From Callorhinchus milii (taxonomy: Eukaryota), in NCBI RefSeq assembly GCF_018977255.1, contig NW_024704743.1:72170001-72234000 (forward strand): DNA of 64,000 nt, written 5' to 3'. The position numbers and the translations under genes were made by a program. Under the pieces are notes generated by a model, which was given only the letters and a program-made list of their open reading frames with translations, had not been told where the DNA came from and searched no databases. Positions 1 to 15,100 of the stretch are shown here, in pieces (positions within the stretch are counted from its first letter, which is position 1; the number at the start of each line of letters is the position of its first letter).

Positions 1-110
1 TGCACTTTTCCTTTTCCAGTGCCCACTGCAGTTCCCGGATCTTCTTCTGTTCATTAGCCAGTGTGTCACTTACCATATCGAGCTCAGCTGCCTTCTCATT
101 TAACTCCATT
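1..110 (-). CDS. AKAP9: AKAP9 exon, truncated by window edge ([35 protein letters not shown])
   Basis: tttttttag acceptor, phase 2 start. Confidence 0.93.
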
Positions 111-3100
111 CTAAAAAAAGTCATTAAAGAACCAGTGAAGTGTTTATTCTTAGGGCCTGAATGTTTAACAGCAGCAATTTAAACTGTGCACTTTTACAGC
201 TATTTGTCCACTCCCAAAAAGCAATCTTTAATGAACCTAGAAACTATTTTTTGTGCAATGCAGCTGTCACTTTATTTTCGTTCCAATAAGGTTCATGCAT
301 GAAATGCTAACCTCTCATCCCCTTTCAGATTCCCAACATTATATAAATCATTAAAATGTTTATAGCACAGTAGGAGGCCATTTTGCCCATTGTGCTTATG
401 TTGATATTACCCTCCTCCCTTCCACACCATCTACCCTAATCCCATTCCCTTGCTCTTTCCCATATTCTACAATAGTATTTTCCCCACACTATTTATCCTA
501 ATTCTCTTTTGCTATGGATTCAGCTCGGACAATTATTGTAAGGTATTCCATAATCTAAAAACCCTTGTTGTAAAAGAAATTCTTGCAAATTCCGCCTTTA
601 TCTTCATTTTATTTTAGATTACCAGTGTTTACACATTTTTGTTTTATGCCAATTTAGTATACTGTTCCAGAGTTAATAAAAATAATAATTTTACAAGTCA
701 AATTCTTGCAGAATTTAATCACTTTTAGAGCAATAAGACTGTGGGAGTTTGCTAATGAATTACCTCAGGGTCTCCTGCTCTTTAAAGTGCTTGTGTTGTG
801 CCTTGAGTGTTGTTTCAAGTTCCAGTTTAGTTTGAGAAAGTTCATTTTTCAGTTCTGCCACCATCATCTTCTCAGAATTCAACTGCTCCTGAACTTCCAT
901 TCCCTTCTCTTTAAGTGCGCTCAGCTCAATTTGTAACTCCAGAATCTGAGATTGTTTCTGTTGTACGTTGGGCTCCAAAAGTTCCACTACAAAGGACAAT
1001 AGGCATTAGATCCTTGTTACAAATACTGGTAAGATGGCATTTATAGTACACACTTTAAATACCAAGTATTCATCCAAGCCCTAGAGACATCCATGAATGT
1101 CTACTTCCATTTATTTAAGCTTTGATTCCCTGAACTGGTTGCAGAATATTAAAATGCAGAATACATGCAATAAAAAGAAATCATATGGTTAGTTATCAAT
1201 AACCATAACCCCATTCTATCTCGTAATGTATAGGCATTTATTTACACTATAAACATGTCCATACTATAGTTGTTCAGTTTGCATTATTAAAATGCAACAC
1301 TGAAAACCCAAATCTCTCATTTTTTAAATAGTAAGTATTACAATATAAGACTGCTTTTGGGAAAAGTCTTACATTCTTACCAAGTTCTTTTCAAGAATTG
1401 TAGAAAATTGGCTTCCTAACCCAGAATTTAAGATTATTCAAAAAATCTGCATATTACATTTTAAGATGAGGAATAAATCCTTAGAAATATTGAAAACTCA
1501 TATTCAACATCTTAACCATTGCTTTGGCAATATTACCTTGAAAGGAAAGGAAAAAGAGAAATGATGCTTCTATTGCACATCCATACAACATTTTACGTAT
1601 AAGCACTCATCATTTGGGAGTCATGAAAGTCCATCAGACACAAGAGGAATCAGCAAATTCGTGAATAAAACTAATTCTACTGAACAACAACAACAACAAC
1701 AACAAGATTCCATTTATAGAGCGCCTTTCACGTCAGGAGGACGTCCCAAGGCGCTGCACAGTTGGGTCATGACCCGAGCAGGGGGGAAATGGTCAGGGTG
1801 AGGGGAGGGAAGGGAGGGAGAGAGGAGGGGGGAAATGGTCAGGGTGAGGGGAGGGAAGGGAGGGAGCGAGGAGGAGGAAGAGAGTCGAGAGGGGAGCTGA
1901 AGGCTCGGTCAAAGAGAAAGGTTTTGAGACCGGCCTTGAAGGAGGAAAGGGAGGAAGCAATGAATGGAGGAAGTTCTCTTCATCCATTTTCTCAAATTTC
2001 CTTCATGGATGACAAGTCTAACTAAGATATCCTTCATTGCTTTTATTATTCCATCCTTGATTGCATAAGCAACCTTCTTTACACTGAAGACAATCAAAAC
2101 TGAAACAAGTTACCAAGAAAGGTGCTTGACACTAAACCACAGGATCCATTTAGGAAACATGAGTAATGTGGGATGAATACTCATCTAATTGATCTAATTT
2201 TTCCCAAATAGCATTCCTACTGTTTAATGATTATTCTTCAAGTAAATACATTTTAAACTTACTATGAACCTATTTAACCTTCTTTTCCTGCTGTCTATCA
2301 AATGGGATAACGCGCTTTCTTCAACCAACATCTCTTTTAACATTGCAAACCTCTATTATTCTAATCTGTCCCACGTAGCCAGTAGGGAATAATGTCAACT
2401 TCAATGCACTTGCATTTATACTGGTTCTCTATTCCAAACCTCTCTCACCAGAGACAGAGCTCTGCACATACATAACTAAGTGTCTGTGCTGAGCTCTCCT
2501 AGCCAGTGCCAAACTGGTTATATTTGTACAATTATCAGAGACAAGAGTGCAACTAATTCTTTACAAAAAATTGACGTTTAAAAGTTTGCAGTCAGTTCAT
2601 TGGAGAGTCTAAAAATGTTAAACGATCATTTATACTCTGGCAGTGCAAACTGGTGTCCTGGTGTCTTGCTACAATCATATAATGAAGGTGATCTCATCTT
2701 AAATCGTTTGATGAAGTGTTAAGATGGATTTATATCTGGTTTCTGGCATTGACTCAGCACGATTTTCACAGTGAATTGATACAATAAACAATTTAAGCTG
2801 GACTTTGGAAGACCTGCATTTAAATTTGACCCAGAATCTGCAGTGGGGAGGATCTGCAAACATGTGCATTTTTGTCAGTTAATACATAACAGCACTGATT
2901 ATAGTTATGGAGAAGTCTACAGCCCACACTAACTTATTGTTCATGCTAAAGCAAAGATTCAAGCATTAAAGCAAATAGAGAAACGAATAGTGAGGGTTTA
3001 ATTCATTCTGATATCACATAAGCTATATTCCTGATTTGGGTATAGTTAAGCATAAACTTTAATAAACAAACATTTTACTCTGACATAGACACACAAATTA

Positions 3101-6100
3101 CAAAGAAACTGAAATCTACCTAGATTTCTTTGTGGAACCTGTTCCTCTGCTGTTGGAGGCCCCGTCTCACCCTGCTGCATTCTATGCAGATAAGACCACA
3201 GTTCCCGAATTTCCATCATCATGCTATTCCTATCTGCAATCATTAAATGTTCCACATCTGCTCTCCTCTGCATTACCTGCAACAGAACAACTAACATTTA
3301 TATAGTGTCCTTCATGTAGGATAACGAATCACTGAAGACATTAGACACTGAGCAAGGCACAGGTGACCAGAGGTGCAGTTAAAAAGGTCGGTATTAGGCA
3401 TCATCTGAAGACAGTTAGAGAGGGGTTTACAGAAGGCTAAAGGGAGGGAGTTCCAGAGGATATGGGCTGAAGGCTCAGCCACTGAGGGGATGTGATGGGA
3501 CAGACTCATAGCAGAGCAACGTTAGTTGAGAGGAAGGGGTGAGCAGAGGAGTGGGATATCATAAAGATAGGGAGCAGCTAAGGCATATAATAAAAAGTAT
3601 TTCTAGGTGAGGTTGAGAACATTGCATCAATTCATTTGGAAGACAGTGGAGCTTGGCAAGGACTGGAGTGATGGGCATGCAGACTTTGGTGCGGGTGGTA
3701 GAGTTTTGGATTATCTTAAATTTATAAATATGGAACTAGCGAGACTGATGAGTAGTGCATTTAAATCAAATGGGAGGGAGCAAAAACATGAATAAGGATT
3801 TCAATTTGAAAAAGAACAAATTCCAACATCAGACAATATTATAGGTACACAAGAGATACAGGAGCTAGTTCATTTTCTTGGTTAAGAAATGAATAAAGCA
3901 TGTAACCTTGATTGAGATTTAGCAAACGGTGATGTTCAATTTAAGCAAGATGTTGAGTAGCTTGCAATTAGAGTACTGTGTGTATTGTAGAAAAGACCAT
4001 TGTAGAAAGGATACAGACAGTTGATAAGGATGATAAACTATAGTTATGTGGATAAGCTTGAAACACTGGAGCTGTTTTAATGTAATAGAGATTAGGAGAT
4101 TATCTATTGGAGGTCTTAAAATTCCTGAAAGGATATGAAAGCATTAATAATGAAAGAATATTCCTGCTGCTCAATAAATCAATAATATGTTTAACAGTAA
4201 TAAACTCAAGATTATTACTGTAAAAGTAATGTTTTCATAGAGAGGGTTATTAGAACATGAAATCCTTTGCAACAAGTAGCTTTTTTAAGGCTGAGACTAT
4301 AATACAGTGGGGTCGTAATTCGGTGGTTTGGGAAAGCAAGAATTTTGGACGTGATTGGAATAAGCAACTCATATCCTCTTTGTTTAAACAGGAAATAGAA
4401 AATCAGTAACCTGTTAGGTAACACTTCTTGATACATTGTTTACTTTATCATCAGCAAATGTCAGCTCTTTATAGGGCTCAAACTGACTACCTTATTGGAT
4501 TTGTGAAGTACAAATGAAACTTCAGTCACCTACACATTCAAGGACAAGTTAACCTTGGGGAAATTGGAACTGTTCGTTTTATAGCAGTATTTCTTATAAA
4601 ATAATTTTATAAAATCATTTTGAAATAGTTCCTTCCAGTTCACAATTTTTGGGAAAGAGATTTTAAATGAGAGGACACTGGACTGAAAAGAAAAAACATG
4701 CTCGTGAGTTTTATTTATATTGCAATATGGCAAACGGCAACAATATTTCCTGAGAATTTCTCTGCAAATAAAATCTTAAGAGCAACTTACTCCACAGGCA
4801 AGGATAAGGTAGACTGAATATTTCAGTGGTTTTAGAGTGAAGAAACAGTATGCATCAAACAATTAAAATGCTCACAAGACCAAACAGACCTCCCAAACAA
4901 ATTGATCTGAAATTTTAGTTATCAGAGATACCTGTTCTTGCAGTAGGCTCATTAGAGTCATTGCATCTGCAGGGCTCAGGGATGAAGATTGTGCATGAAG
5001 TGAGGCTATCAAGACATCATGTTCCTTGTCAAAAACAGCCTGTACAGCCTGAAGAAGTTCCTGGCGCCAATCAGTGATACTTTCAGGAGATGCACCCTGT
5101 AAGAGACAGGTCTAACATTTTACAATTTATACCAACTCTTTCTGGCAGAAAACACCTACTACAAGCTGAGAGCATAGATCCTTCAGTTTTGTTTTACCCT
5201 AGTCCCTTTCACTAACAGCAGATAATCCAAGATATTTTTACCTGCACAACATCACATAGATTTCCTAACAACTTGAAAGAATTGAAGGGTCTATTTTTCT
5301 GCGAACCCTCTTTTTATTGCTTCTCCATTTTATGCAGTCTGTTTCACCTCTCCGTGTCAGACATTATTTGCAGTCTGGAAGCGTCATTGTTGAATCAGCT
5401 TCCAGGATACACATGACTACACCCTGCGAAAATTCTTTCTCCGATCTCCACACATCAATATGGCTGACATGGAAACCTAGGGAGTAACTTTCTTCTATTT
5501 CTGTGGATGGGGAATAATTCCACCCTCTCTGTAGTACTGGGCCAAAACTTCATTTTACTTTGTTCTTTAGCACTATGTGTGCACAATGTAATTTGCCACC
5601 AGAGCAGAAGCATTTGCCAAATGCTTTTTAATTTTTGCATAAATATAATGTGAGTCTCTCTGAGGTTAAGGTTGCTCCAAGGAAGCATTCACTGTTGATA
5701 GCTGACCAGCCTGTTTAGTTCATCAGTGATTCTTGTCAGCGTAGACATATCCTCAACAATGCAAGTCAAAATCTAATGCAAATGGTGGTCTAACTCGTGG
5801 ATTTAACATAAAAGGACTGTCAATGCCACCTCCTTGTGCCACAATAACAACTTGCATTTATATGGCGCCCTCCATGCGGGGTAGCATCTTAGAGCCTTAC
5901 AGTACTTATGTATTACACTATACAATGCAGTACAGTATTTACATATCTACTGCACATTTGTTATGTAGACCTTGCGTGAATAATTTTCCCAAATCAAGTG
6001 GCTGCCTTTAAACATTATGCCTTCCTTACCTTTGTTTCCCCACTGCCTTTTGTTTTGGAAACCACATCTTTAAGTGACTGCACAAGGTCTAAAAGTGCCC

Positions 6101-9100
6101 GCCTTTCCTGAAGCCAAACATCTGGGTAGTTTAGAAGTTGTTGCGGTCCTTCCACAAAGGGCAGTTCTGTAAGGGACAGCACTTGCATACCCTCCTGATG
6201 GACTTCCCGCAGCAGAGTCTGTACAAAGTGAAAAAGTTGGTTAGAAATACAGTGGAGACCCCTGATAACATGGTGGTTGGGTTAAAATCCAAACCAGGCT
6301 GCAGAGAGCCACAATCATCAATTTCACTCGACATGTACGTAACTGGCCAGTTCACTAGTTGAACACTGGCTAGTTCCCTCACTTAAAAATTGACACCTAA
6401 GTCACCAGTTCGGCAGGAATGTCACATCCCATTTGCGTTGCATGTGTAAAGCAGGAAGGAATTATGTGTAAATCAAACCTGATAAGCTATTTTAGTGTGA
6501 ATGTTGATCACCCTGTGTGCTTCCATAATGAATGGTACAACAGGGCTACACTATAGGTAGTCTTCAAAAGCAGGTAATTGTTGTTCCTTCATAAGCAAAT
6601 CTAGGTGTGAACATTTTTAATGCAAGAATATTTTGTTGAGAAGCTTAAGTTTCTTTATGGTTTACAAGCCTGCCTCATTTTAAAATGGCCAGCTGTCCTC
6701 GTTTAGATTTCCAATACATCCATTCAGAGTCAGATAAGCTAGTTGCACCTCAGAGTATTGAATGGGAAGCTAGGGATGCAGTGTAGGATCTGTGGATATG
6801 TGTTGAATGATTCAGTGCAATTACTCAAAGTTTACTACTGCTTTTATACTTCACCCAGACACCGAGGCCTTCCAAAATAATCCATTGGTTGTATAAAAAC
6901 AATGGATTCGTAAAAACACAGCAGAGCTTTCCCTCGTGATGCAGTTCCAGACGACTGAGCACTAAAATATGGGACATATGAGGAAGGTCATATCGGAGAA
7001 AGGATGTTTCTCCCGGTGTCCTGGCCAACAATGCCCCAAATAAAATTGGTCATTCACTCCACGGCTGTTGGTAAATTACTGGGCGTAAATTGGTTGTCTA
7101 CAAAATACACACAGTCACACTACTTTATAGTGTATCCTGTGAAGCACATCTAAAAGGTGTCGATGACCAGATATTGGGCAATATCAAATATGAATATGAA
7201 CCACCCATAAGTATTTAACACTACCAATTTCTACCAATGTAACCTGCTTCAATTAAAATGAACAAGTGTAGCTAATACAACGACTCAAGTATTCTTGTAT
7301 TAAGCAATGTCATTGTGTTCAGGCTATGTAAGGTCAATCACTACTACGTTATCAGCTACCTAACCAGACTCTTATAAAGAACCTTTTCAGTTCCCTCAGA
7401 TTATTAGTGCAATTCTTTCTCACCTTTATTTTGTCAGGAAACTTCTCTGTACCCTGCCCAAGAGCTGTATGAGCTATTTGCAACATGTTGCTCTCTTTCT
7501 TGGTTCCCTCTGGCATGTTTCTGTATTCTTGTCCTTCAGGGCTAATATCAAAATATGCTCCCTGGCTCCCTTCAGAGCTGCCATCTGGAAAGAGAATTTT
7601 AAAAGCACATGTCGAGGTGAATTAACCTCACAGAATTCTTTTTGCATACTATCCAATCCCATTTGGGATGCAAAAAAATGCAAATGCAAAATTCTGTCAG
7701 CTGCACAATTTTTTCGTACTAAAATCAGGGTCAATCCCCAGTGCGTGTGTTTTCAGGTGTTAAGTGTTTTAAATCATGCTGTTGTATTTCTCAGTGGATC
7801 AACTTCAAGATCCTCATTTGGACATGAGGTCTCACCCACCCAATCCTTCACTCTCCTGTCACTCAGGAATTAGGATGGTAGGGTGTCAACATCCCAGTGA
7901 AGCATTTTGTGAAGTTATTCTACACGAAAGGTACTATGTACGTGTATATTATTATTGCTGTTGCCAACACTAAATGTATGCGCTCACACATGTACTCATA
8001 TGCATGCATGCAGGCACACACAAAACACAACAACAATTATCTCAATGCGAGACTAGGTGGGACCCCAAGCTGGGAGGGCAATTTGGGAGTTGGCTGAAAG
8101 CACAATCAAATAAATAGGACTTTGGTTGTGTCTGGAAAGCCAAGAGGGAGGGAGAAGTGGACATAATTTTAAAAGAGGATCCCAAATGGTGGCAGCAAAG
8201 TGTCTGGAAGCTTGATTGCTGATGGTGGGGAGGAACAAGATGAAACAAGCCAGAGTTAGCAGAACGGAGGGTGTGGCTGGGTAATAAGGCTGCAGAGATC
8301 GCAGGGGAAAGGTGGGGCAAAGCTGTGGTGACATATCGAAGCAAGGGCAAAAAGCTGATTAACTGTGGGACAGAGAGCCAGTGGAGCCAGGCAAGGATGG
8401 GGACGATAGGCTCACATGCAGGAAATTATGTGGGCTTCAAGTCTGAAGGTGATAAGAGTATTTTGTCAGTGCAGAAGCTGGAGAAGTTGCTGAGGTGGAG
8501 GAAAGTGAAGTTGGTCAGAACACAGACAAATGGTTTGAAGGAGAACTGAGAGTCTAACAGAACACCAGGGTTCTGCACAGGCTCAGTGAGTTGGTGTGAA
8601 CAACCAGGGAGCTTGATAATAGTCACTCTGAGGTGAGGAGGTGCTGACAAGAACTGAGTAAGATAGCCTCAGTTTTTATTGACACTGAGTTGTAAAACGT
8701 TAAATTCATCCAGTACTAGATGTCTGAAAGCCAGTTGGCTGTCGTCCTGGAATCCAGGGTGGAGCCAGAAAAGTAAAATTATGTTTGAAGATTAACAACA
8801 AATGACATTTATTAATTAAGTACTAGCATGTTAGAAATTCTTACCACTGTCCCTGAGCTGTGGCCTGCCAGTTGGTGCTTGACTATCTAGATGACCCTGA
8901 GTGGACAAAAACACACAAAAAATTAAAGTGCAATGTTAGTTAGCTAATTCCAGAGAGTAATGGCTGCAGATTGACAAGATACAAGGCTTGGGGAGTCCAC
9001 TTAAGTGTGTTGAGGTACTCCTGGGGTTTAACTAGCCCAAACCACATTGCTTGCCACTGAAAGCATTGTATGGCTAGCTATCTGCTGCTTTTCTAGCTGA

Positions 9101-12100
9101 GCTCACCTTATACATTAAGGAGTTTGGCTTACAGTGTTAATAGGAGCTGAGTGGGAAGATCCTTGCTTCCAGGAACCAGTCTGGCCTTTCAAGTCTTATC
9201 TGAGCATGCTGGTTGGGTCCTGTAGCTCAGTGGTTAGAGCACTCACCTTGCAAGCGAGACAACTAAAACCAGGGGTCACAACATTAAAATCAGAGGCCAG
9301 CCCTTTTGCACTGAGTTGAGGAAGAACTTCTTCACTCAAAGGGTGGTGGAGTCCTGTAGCTCAGTGGTTAGAGCACTCGCTTTGCAAGCGAGAGACCTGA
9401 GTTCAATTCCAGGCAGAGGGCGAAACCTTGGGCAAGTTTCCTTACTCCACACGCCTAATAATAATCCCTCCAAAAACAATAATGAATTGGTCATTTTTCA
9501 ATCTACAACTGTTTGTGGGACACTGCTGTGCGCAATTGGCTGCCGCATTCGCCCACAAATATAGTCAATTCACTTTGACTTTTTGCCACAAAGGCTACCT
9601 TGATTCCGACATTTGTTGCCTAACAAAGTTACCCTGACGCCAACTGAGCTACAAGGAGAATCTGCTGACGTTCCCCTCCCTTGCATCCCTGGAGGACAAT
9701 CACTAGTTACTCATTTGATATCTGACAAGCACAGGTTTGTGCCCATAGCAGCTGGATAGAGGATACCAAGACCTCCCTGCAAACTTCCTGGTGAGCAGCA
9801 CAAATCCACCTCACTACTCGGTACTAGTCTTCACAATATTGTAGCTGTTCATAAGCCTGCACACTCAAGTTTATTCAATCACTTAAATGGCAAGTTTTCA
9901 TATAAAACATCAAAAATCACCCTGGTGCAAAAAATGAACACTGACCTCTCTGGAGCTACTAATCACTGTTTTAACAGCACCGAGTTCTCTAAGTGCTTCC
10001 ACCTGTACAGCATACTCTTTTTTCAAGGCCTCAGTTTCAGCAGAATGTCTTGTTTCCATGTTTGTTATTTCAGCAGCATGTAGGTCTTGGAGTTGGCCAA
10101 TCTTTTCTGAGCACTGCCTTCTGATTTCTGCAGTATCTTCTGAAGAACTAGTGCACAGGGGCTCCAGATCAGTTTGTACTGCTGCATCTTTGTAAGTGCC
10201 CAGTGTTTTTATTGGACTTTCTTTGACCAAAGTACTCTTTGGTTCATCAGTGTCTATGTTTTCAATCTTCAAAGATGACTGCTGCACTCCTTGTTTAAAG
10301 GAGCCAAGCTTCCCTTCTGCTTGGGCTAAGGCCTCTTTTACAATGCCAAGCTGCTCTTGAAGATTGCTTATGGTGTGTTCTTTTACCTGAATAAAATGAT
10401 CCCAATTCATGTTTTAACAAAACTTAGCTTGGCTCTTTACACTACATATACTAATATAGTTATTTCTATCTTTGCTAGATTAATTACAGGAAGGCTCCAA
10501 AAATTGCAACCAGTTTTCTATCATTAGAATCAATTTTACTATCCTCTCTTGAATTATTTGTTATCACGGGAAAATAGTGTATTTTCTCACAAAAACAGCT
10601 TATCCTTATGTATTGAGATAATCTTGCATACAAATTCATATACAATTGAAATTATCCTTAGCCTTAGTTATAATCTGCAGCTAGTTTTTGCTTATTGTTA
10701 TAACATTATTTTATGAAGTGCTTATTAAGTACTATGGGAAAATGAAAATATTCAGCCATGAATATGACATCTGAAAATCTAAAAGCTGCATTTCATACCA
10801 TTTTTGAATGGAAAGTACAAATTTTGCTAGAGCAGGATTTTCTAAGTAAGTAAAACCTTGGACACAACAAAGTATACAGTAGTTTGTGCGATCCAATTAG
10901 TGCCATCGTGAAATAACTAACTGGTCCTTGAGTTAAGCTAATTCCTATGTTACCGTTTTTAAATAAACTACTGTAATATGTGAAAATCTTTCAGTTTGGA
11001 ATTTCTCTCCAATTTAGTTTATACCTGCAAGTCTTCTTGAAGTTTCTCTGTCCTTTCCCTGTAGTTGTTTAGTTCTTCTTTGGTGAGTGCAGCATCCACT
11101 TTAACCTGTTCTAGTTCTGAAACTAGCTCCACTACTGAGGCAGTGCTTTGTTGAGCAGAAATCTCAAGCTGTCTTCCTTCCTTTTCATTAAACTGCAAGG
11201 ACAAATTGGATCAATAAATTTAGCAAAACGTATCTGAAGACATTTGTAGTTTATTTCCTGAGGTTGTACAGATCATTCTGCTTATGCACATCAACTACAA
11301 AACAAAATCCAACATATTAAAAATACAGGTGAAATTAGGAATTTGTAGCTTGTAATCTTTTCCCCCTTTACTTCATTATAGGATCTAAAAGGTGCTCTTG
11401 CGAGTTTACCACTGCAGGACAAGTGCAAAAGATCCCTGCGACTTGAAATTATTTTCTCCAGACAATCTCTCGCACATCACACAGATGTGCTTGACATCAG
11501 CTCAGACCTAAGGCCATATCACAATCAATCTCAATACACTAGGAGCCATAGGAATATCACATAAAAGTTCCTCTTTTATAGCTCATCAAAAACAGGTAAA
11601 TACTCTAGATTTGTATTAGTTTTGTGATTTCTATATACGTATTTAGAAACCAAATTGACTGCAATGCCCTATTCCTCTAGTCTTTAATGCATCCGACTGT
11701 GCCTCATTATATTGCTCAAATTGCACATGACCAAGGGATAAAGTTGAACTCTTATCATACTCACGTGGGGAAACTTTGAACTCCCTCTACCAGGATCTTG
11801 TTCTGTTGAACTTTTCATCTCCAATAACTTGTGATTCAACTCTATCAACTTTGTTTCTTTCTCTGCAGCTTCTTGCTGAGTACTTGCTACCAGTTTCCTC
11901 TCAAGCTCAAGGTTTTTCTGGAGGTCTGTTACCTGCTGCAGCAACTCTGTTAGTCTCGCTCTTAACACCATCACATCTTCTGTTGCCTGATCCTCAACAT
12001 GTGCTGCCTTGGTTAGGTTTTGTTGACTTCCTTGATCTACATCTTCTGATCCCCTGAAGAGCATCGATGGCTTTTCTTTAAAAGATTCTTCTGGGGAGGG

Positions 12101-15100
12101 TTCTGCCACTTCAGACTTTTTTTCAACACCATCAATATTTTTCCCATGTTTAATCTGGCTCAGGGGTTCAGCAGAGCTGCTATTTACTTGTTGTTGTACC
12201 GCCTTTAACTGGGCCTGGCTCACAAGAACGGTTGCCACTTTCTCTCTGATAGCTTCTTCCAGTTCAAGAACTTGCTTCTCATGCCCCTGCGCTTCAGTTT
12301 GGATTTGTTCTCTAAGGTTCTGTATCTGCTGATAACATGCTTCTAGTTCTCTGTCTCTTTTTTCAATAGCTGCTTGCAGTGCCTGAATGCTTATGTCCGC
12401 ACTTCCTTTCAGATCTTTGGTGTGTTCAACAGGTTTCACTCCATCTTCACTTACTAAGAAACTTGCAGGCTTTTCCTGAATCATTTGCTCACTGGTTCCC
12501 TTCTCTAAAATTTCTGCACCAGGGTTTACAGCACCCTGTGTCTGCATATTTCGATATTTCTCTAACAGTGTGCTGTGCTCAGTCTTCATCAACTGCAGTT
12601 CTTGAGTTGTTTGCAACATTTCACACTTTAGTTCTTCTAGCTCCTTCTGTGTGTGATGCATGTCCTCATTTCCCTTGTCCATTTGCTGCTGCAGCTTTGC
12701 TTTTTCTCCTGTTATCACACAAAGCTGAGCTTTGAAATTTTCTGCATCCTCAGGAGCAGGAATGATTTTAGTTAGCTCTTGCTGCAGTTTTTCTATCACA
12801 TCATTTAACTGTTCAACCTCTTCTTCATTACTCTTCTTCAGACACACTTGGTCACTCTTAAGACATTCAATTTGTGCTTCCAACTCCCGGATGTGGGTAT
12901 CTTTTCCCTCAATTACCTAAAAAGGATGAAAAATATTGGTAAATTTCCTGATATGAACTTATATTAAGTTGAAAGTAATGCAACCCCTTCTAATTTCTTG
13001 TTTTTTTTTAATTGTCTGTCAGATTTTCTCCTTTTCAAAAAGTGGTTTGTGAAAGACAGAGCCTCACCCTTGGCTCTTTCAAACCTGCACTCTTTGGGTG
13101 TGTCCCATCAGAGAGGGAGAGTGCATCCCATTCCCCAGATGCAGAAAAATTTCTATGTGTAGGCGGCATACATGGAACTCCCAGTCTAATTTGGATACTC
13201 TTAAACACGATGATGGGTTTCCGCATGTCATACTCGGCTGACTAAAATAAGCCCTCACCCAACTGGGTGTGAAAGTGTGAACACTGGCAATCTGTTGGAC
13301 CAAAGGGGCAATATCATTGCCAAGCTCACTCTGTCTTTACACAATGTCTGCACAAACAGCAGCAGTTGCTGAAAAGTGATAAGGTTTGGGAATTCTGGCT
13401 TGTTTTGCTGACCTTATTGTGAGAAGTGATATGAAGCTGTTGCTGTAACTTTATAAGCTGCTCATTGAGATGTTCTATTTCTTGGTCCTTTTCCTTGAGA
13501 GTCTGAGACAACCTCCTAGCTGATGAACGGTAACCATCACCAGATGATTCACTGGAGTCGTGCACAGACTGTTGTAAGCTTTCCACTTCATTCTGGTGAG
13601 TAAAAGAAGAGGACGGTTTAAGAACAGTTCTAATTAAAGAAGAAATATTTCACAACTATATGCATGGTTGTACATGTGATGTGTGGACTTTAAACATGTA
13701 AAATTGAATACAACAACAAGATTACATTTGTATAGGGTCTTTCACGTCGGGAGGACGTCCCAAGGTGCTGGACAGTGTACAGCATTTCAGACCCGAGCTG
13801 GGGTCAGGGGGGAAGGGAGGGGAGGGGAAGGGGGGGTGGCCGATAGCATGGTCGAAGAGGAGGGTTTTGAGGCGGGACTTGAAGGAGGCGAAGGAGAGGC
13901 TGAGGCAGAGTGATTGGGGGATGGAATTCCAGAGGTTGGGGGCAGAGTGGCTGAAGGCTCTCCCGCCAATGGTGGGACGGGTGGGTTGGGGGACGTGGAG
14001 CAGGCCTGAGCCGGCTGAGCGGAGGGAACCGGCGGGTTGGTAGAAGGTTAGGAGGTCACAGAGATAGGGTGGGGGCGAGGTCATGGAGGGCTTTGTAGGT
14101 GAGGACCAGGATCTTGAACTGGATCCTCTGAAGGATAGGGAGCCAATGGAGTCGGGCGAGAATGGGGGAGATTTGTACACTGAATGAGATTAAGAATAAC
14201 TCAAGTGCCTTACACACCATCCACCACGTTGACCATGTTTTTACTCAGTGTTTTTACCCCAAGCCTTTAAATATTCTAAATGTTAAATAACGTTTACGAG
14301 AAGGCAAAGTAACGCTAAGAGATTACGAAAAATTTTGAGGTGATTTTCTTTGTCAGCTTTTCAATACCTTAAAATGGAAGAATTTTACATAATTTTTCAA
14401 AGCTGCTGAAATACTGCCACCTTCTTACTTTCTGTGCAGATCCAGTGGGAACCAGTATGACTGATTTGCAGACAGACATTTAGACCTCACAAAATAAATG
14501 TTAAAAAATACCTTGGAACAAAATCTTAAAGGGTCAAACAAGATGCATCATTGTGTTATAAAATAGACTGAATCTTTAATTGCCAATCTCCACAATACCT
14601 CTTTGGGTATAAATGAATGTCCCAGAGTGTTCAATCATAAAACAGGGGAAAGGGGACCTGATTAAAGTGCAAGCCAGTCTTGACCTTCAATCAATTAAAC
14701 AAAGGCTGCTTACTCTATGGTTGAATGTAGTGGAAAGTTCATTATAATCATTAGGAGTTAAAATGTGATGGAACTACTGAGCTGTGACAACCGATACCAA
14801 GAATGCAGAATATTATACATTGATGTTTACTTGATCAAACAGCACAAACAACACAACTCTCAATTCAATTTTGAACAGGAAGGAGGGTTAAGAATAAAGT
14901 ACATTTACACAAGAGTTAATGAATGCAGTGCAAGCACACACTAACCTGAAGCCGGCTGTGTTCTTGCTGAGCCTCTTGCAGCCGAGTACCAGATTCTTTT
15001 CTTTGAATTTCTAGCTGCATGTGCAACTGCTGAACTTCTTCATGTTTGTTTAACAGTTCTTCTCTGAACTGCTCCAACTGTTCTTCCAGGTTTGAAATCT

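Noticed and set aside
68..73. Internal GTAAGT donor in the last exon
   Set aside because: AKAP9-like coding sequence continues past it; no evidence of use.
1780..1900. G-quadruplex regulatory elements (also 13800-13840 and the G-run near 60058-60075)
   Set aside because: They are part of the L2 3'UTR or a simple homopolymer, with no locus-specific evidence.
6131..7734. ORF-track minus-strand proteins 6131..6382 and 7474..7734
   Set aside because: Wrong frames; the true AKAP9 exons read in other frames.
11776..12735. Plus-strand ORFs overlapping the large exon
   Set aside because: Antisense shadows of coiled-coil coding sequence.
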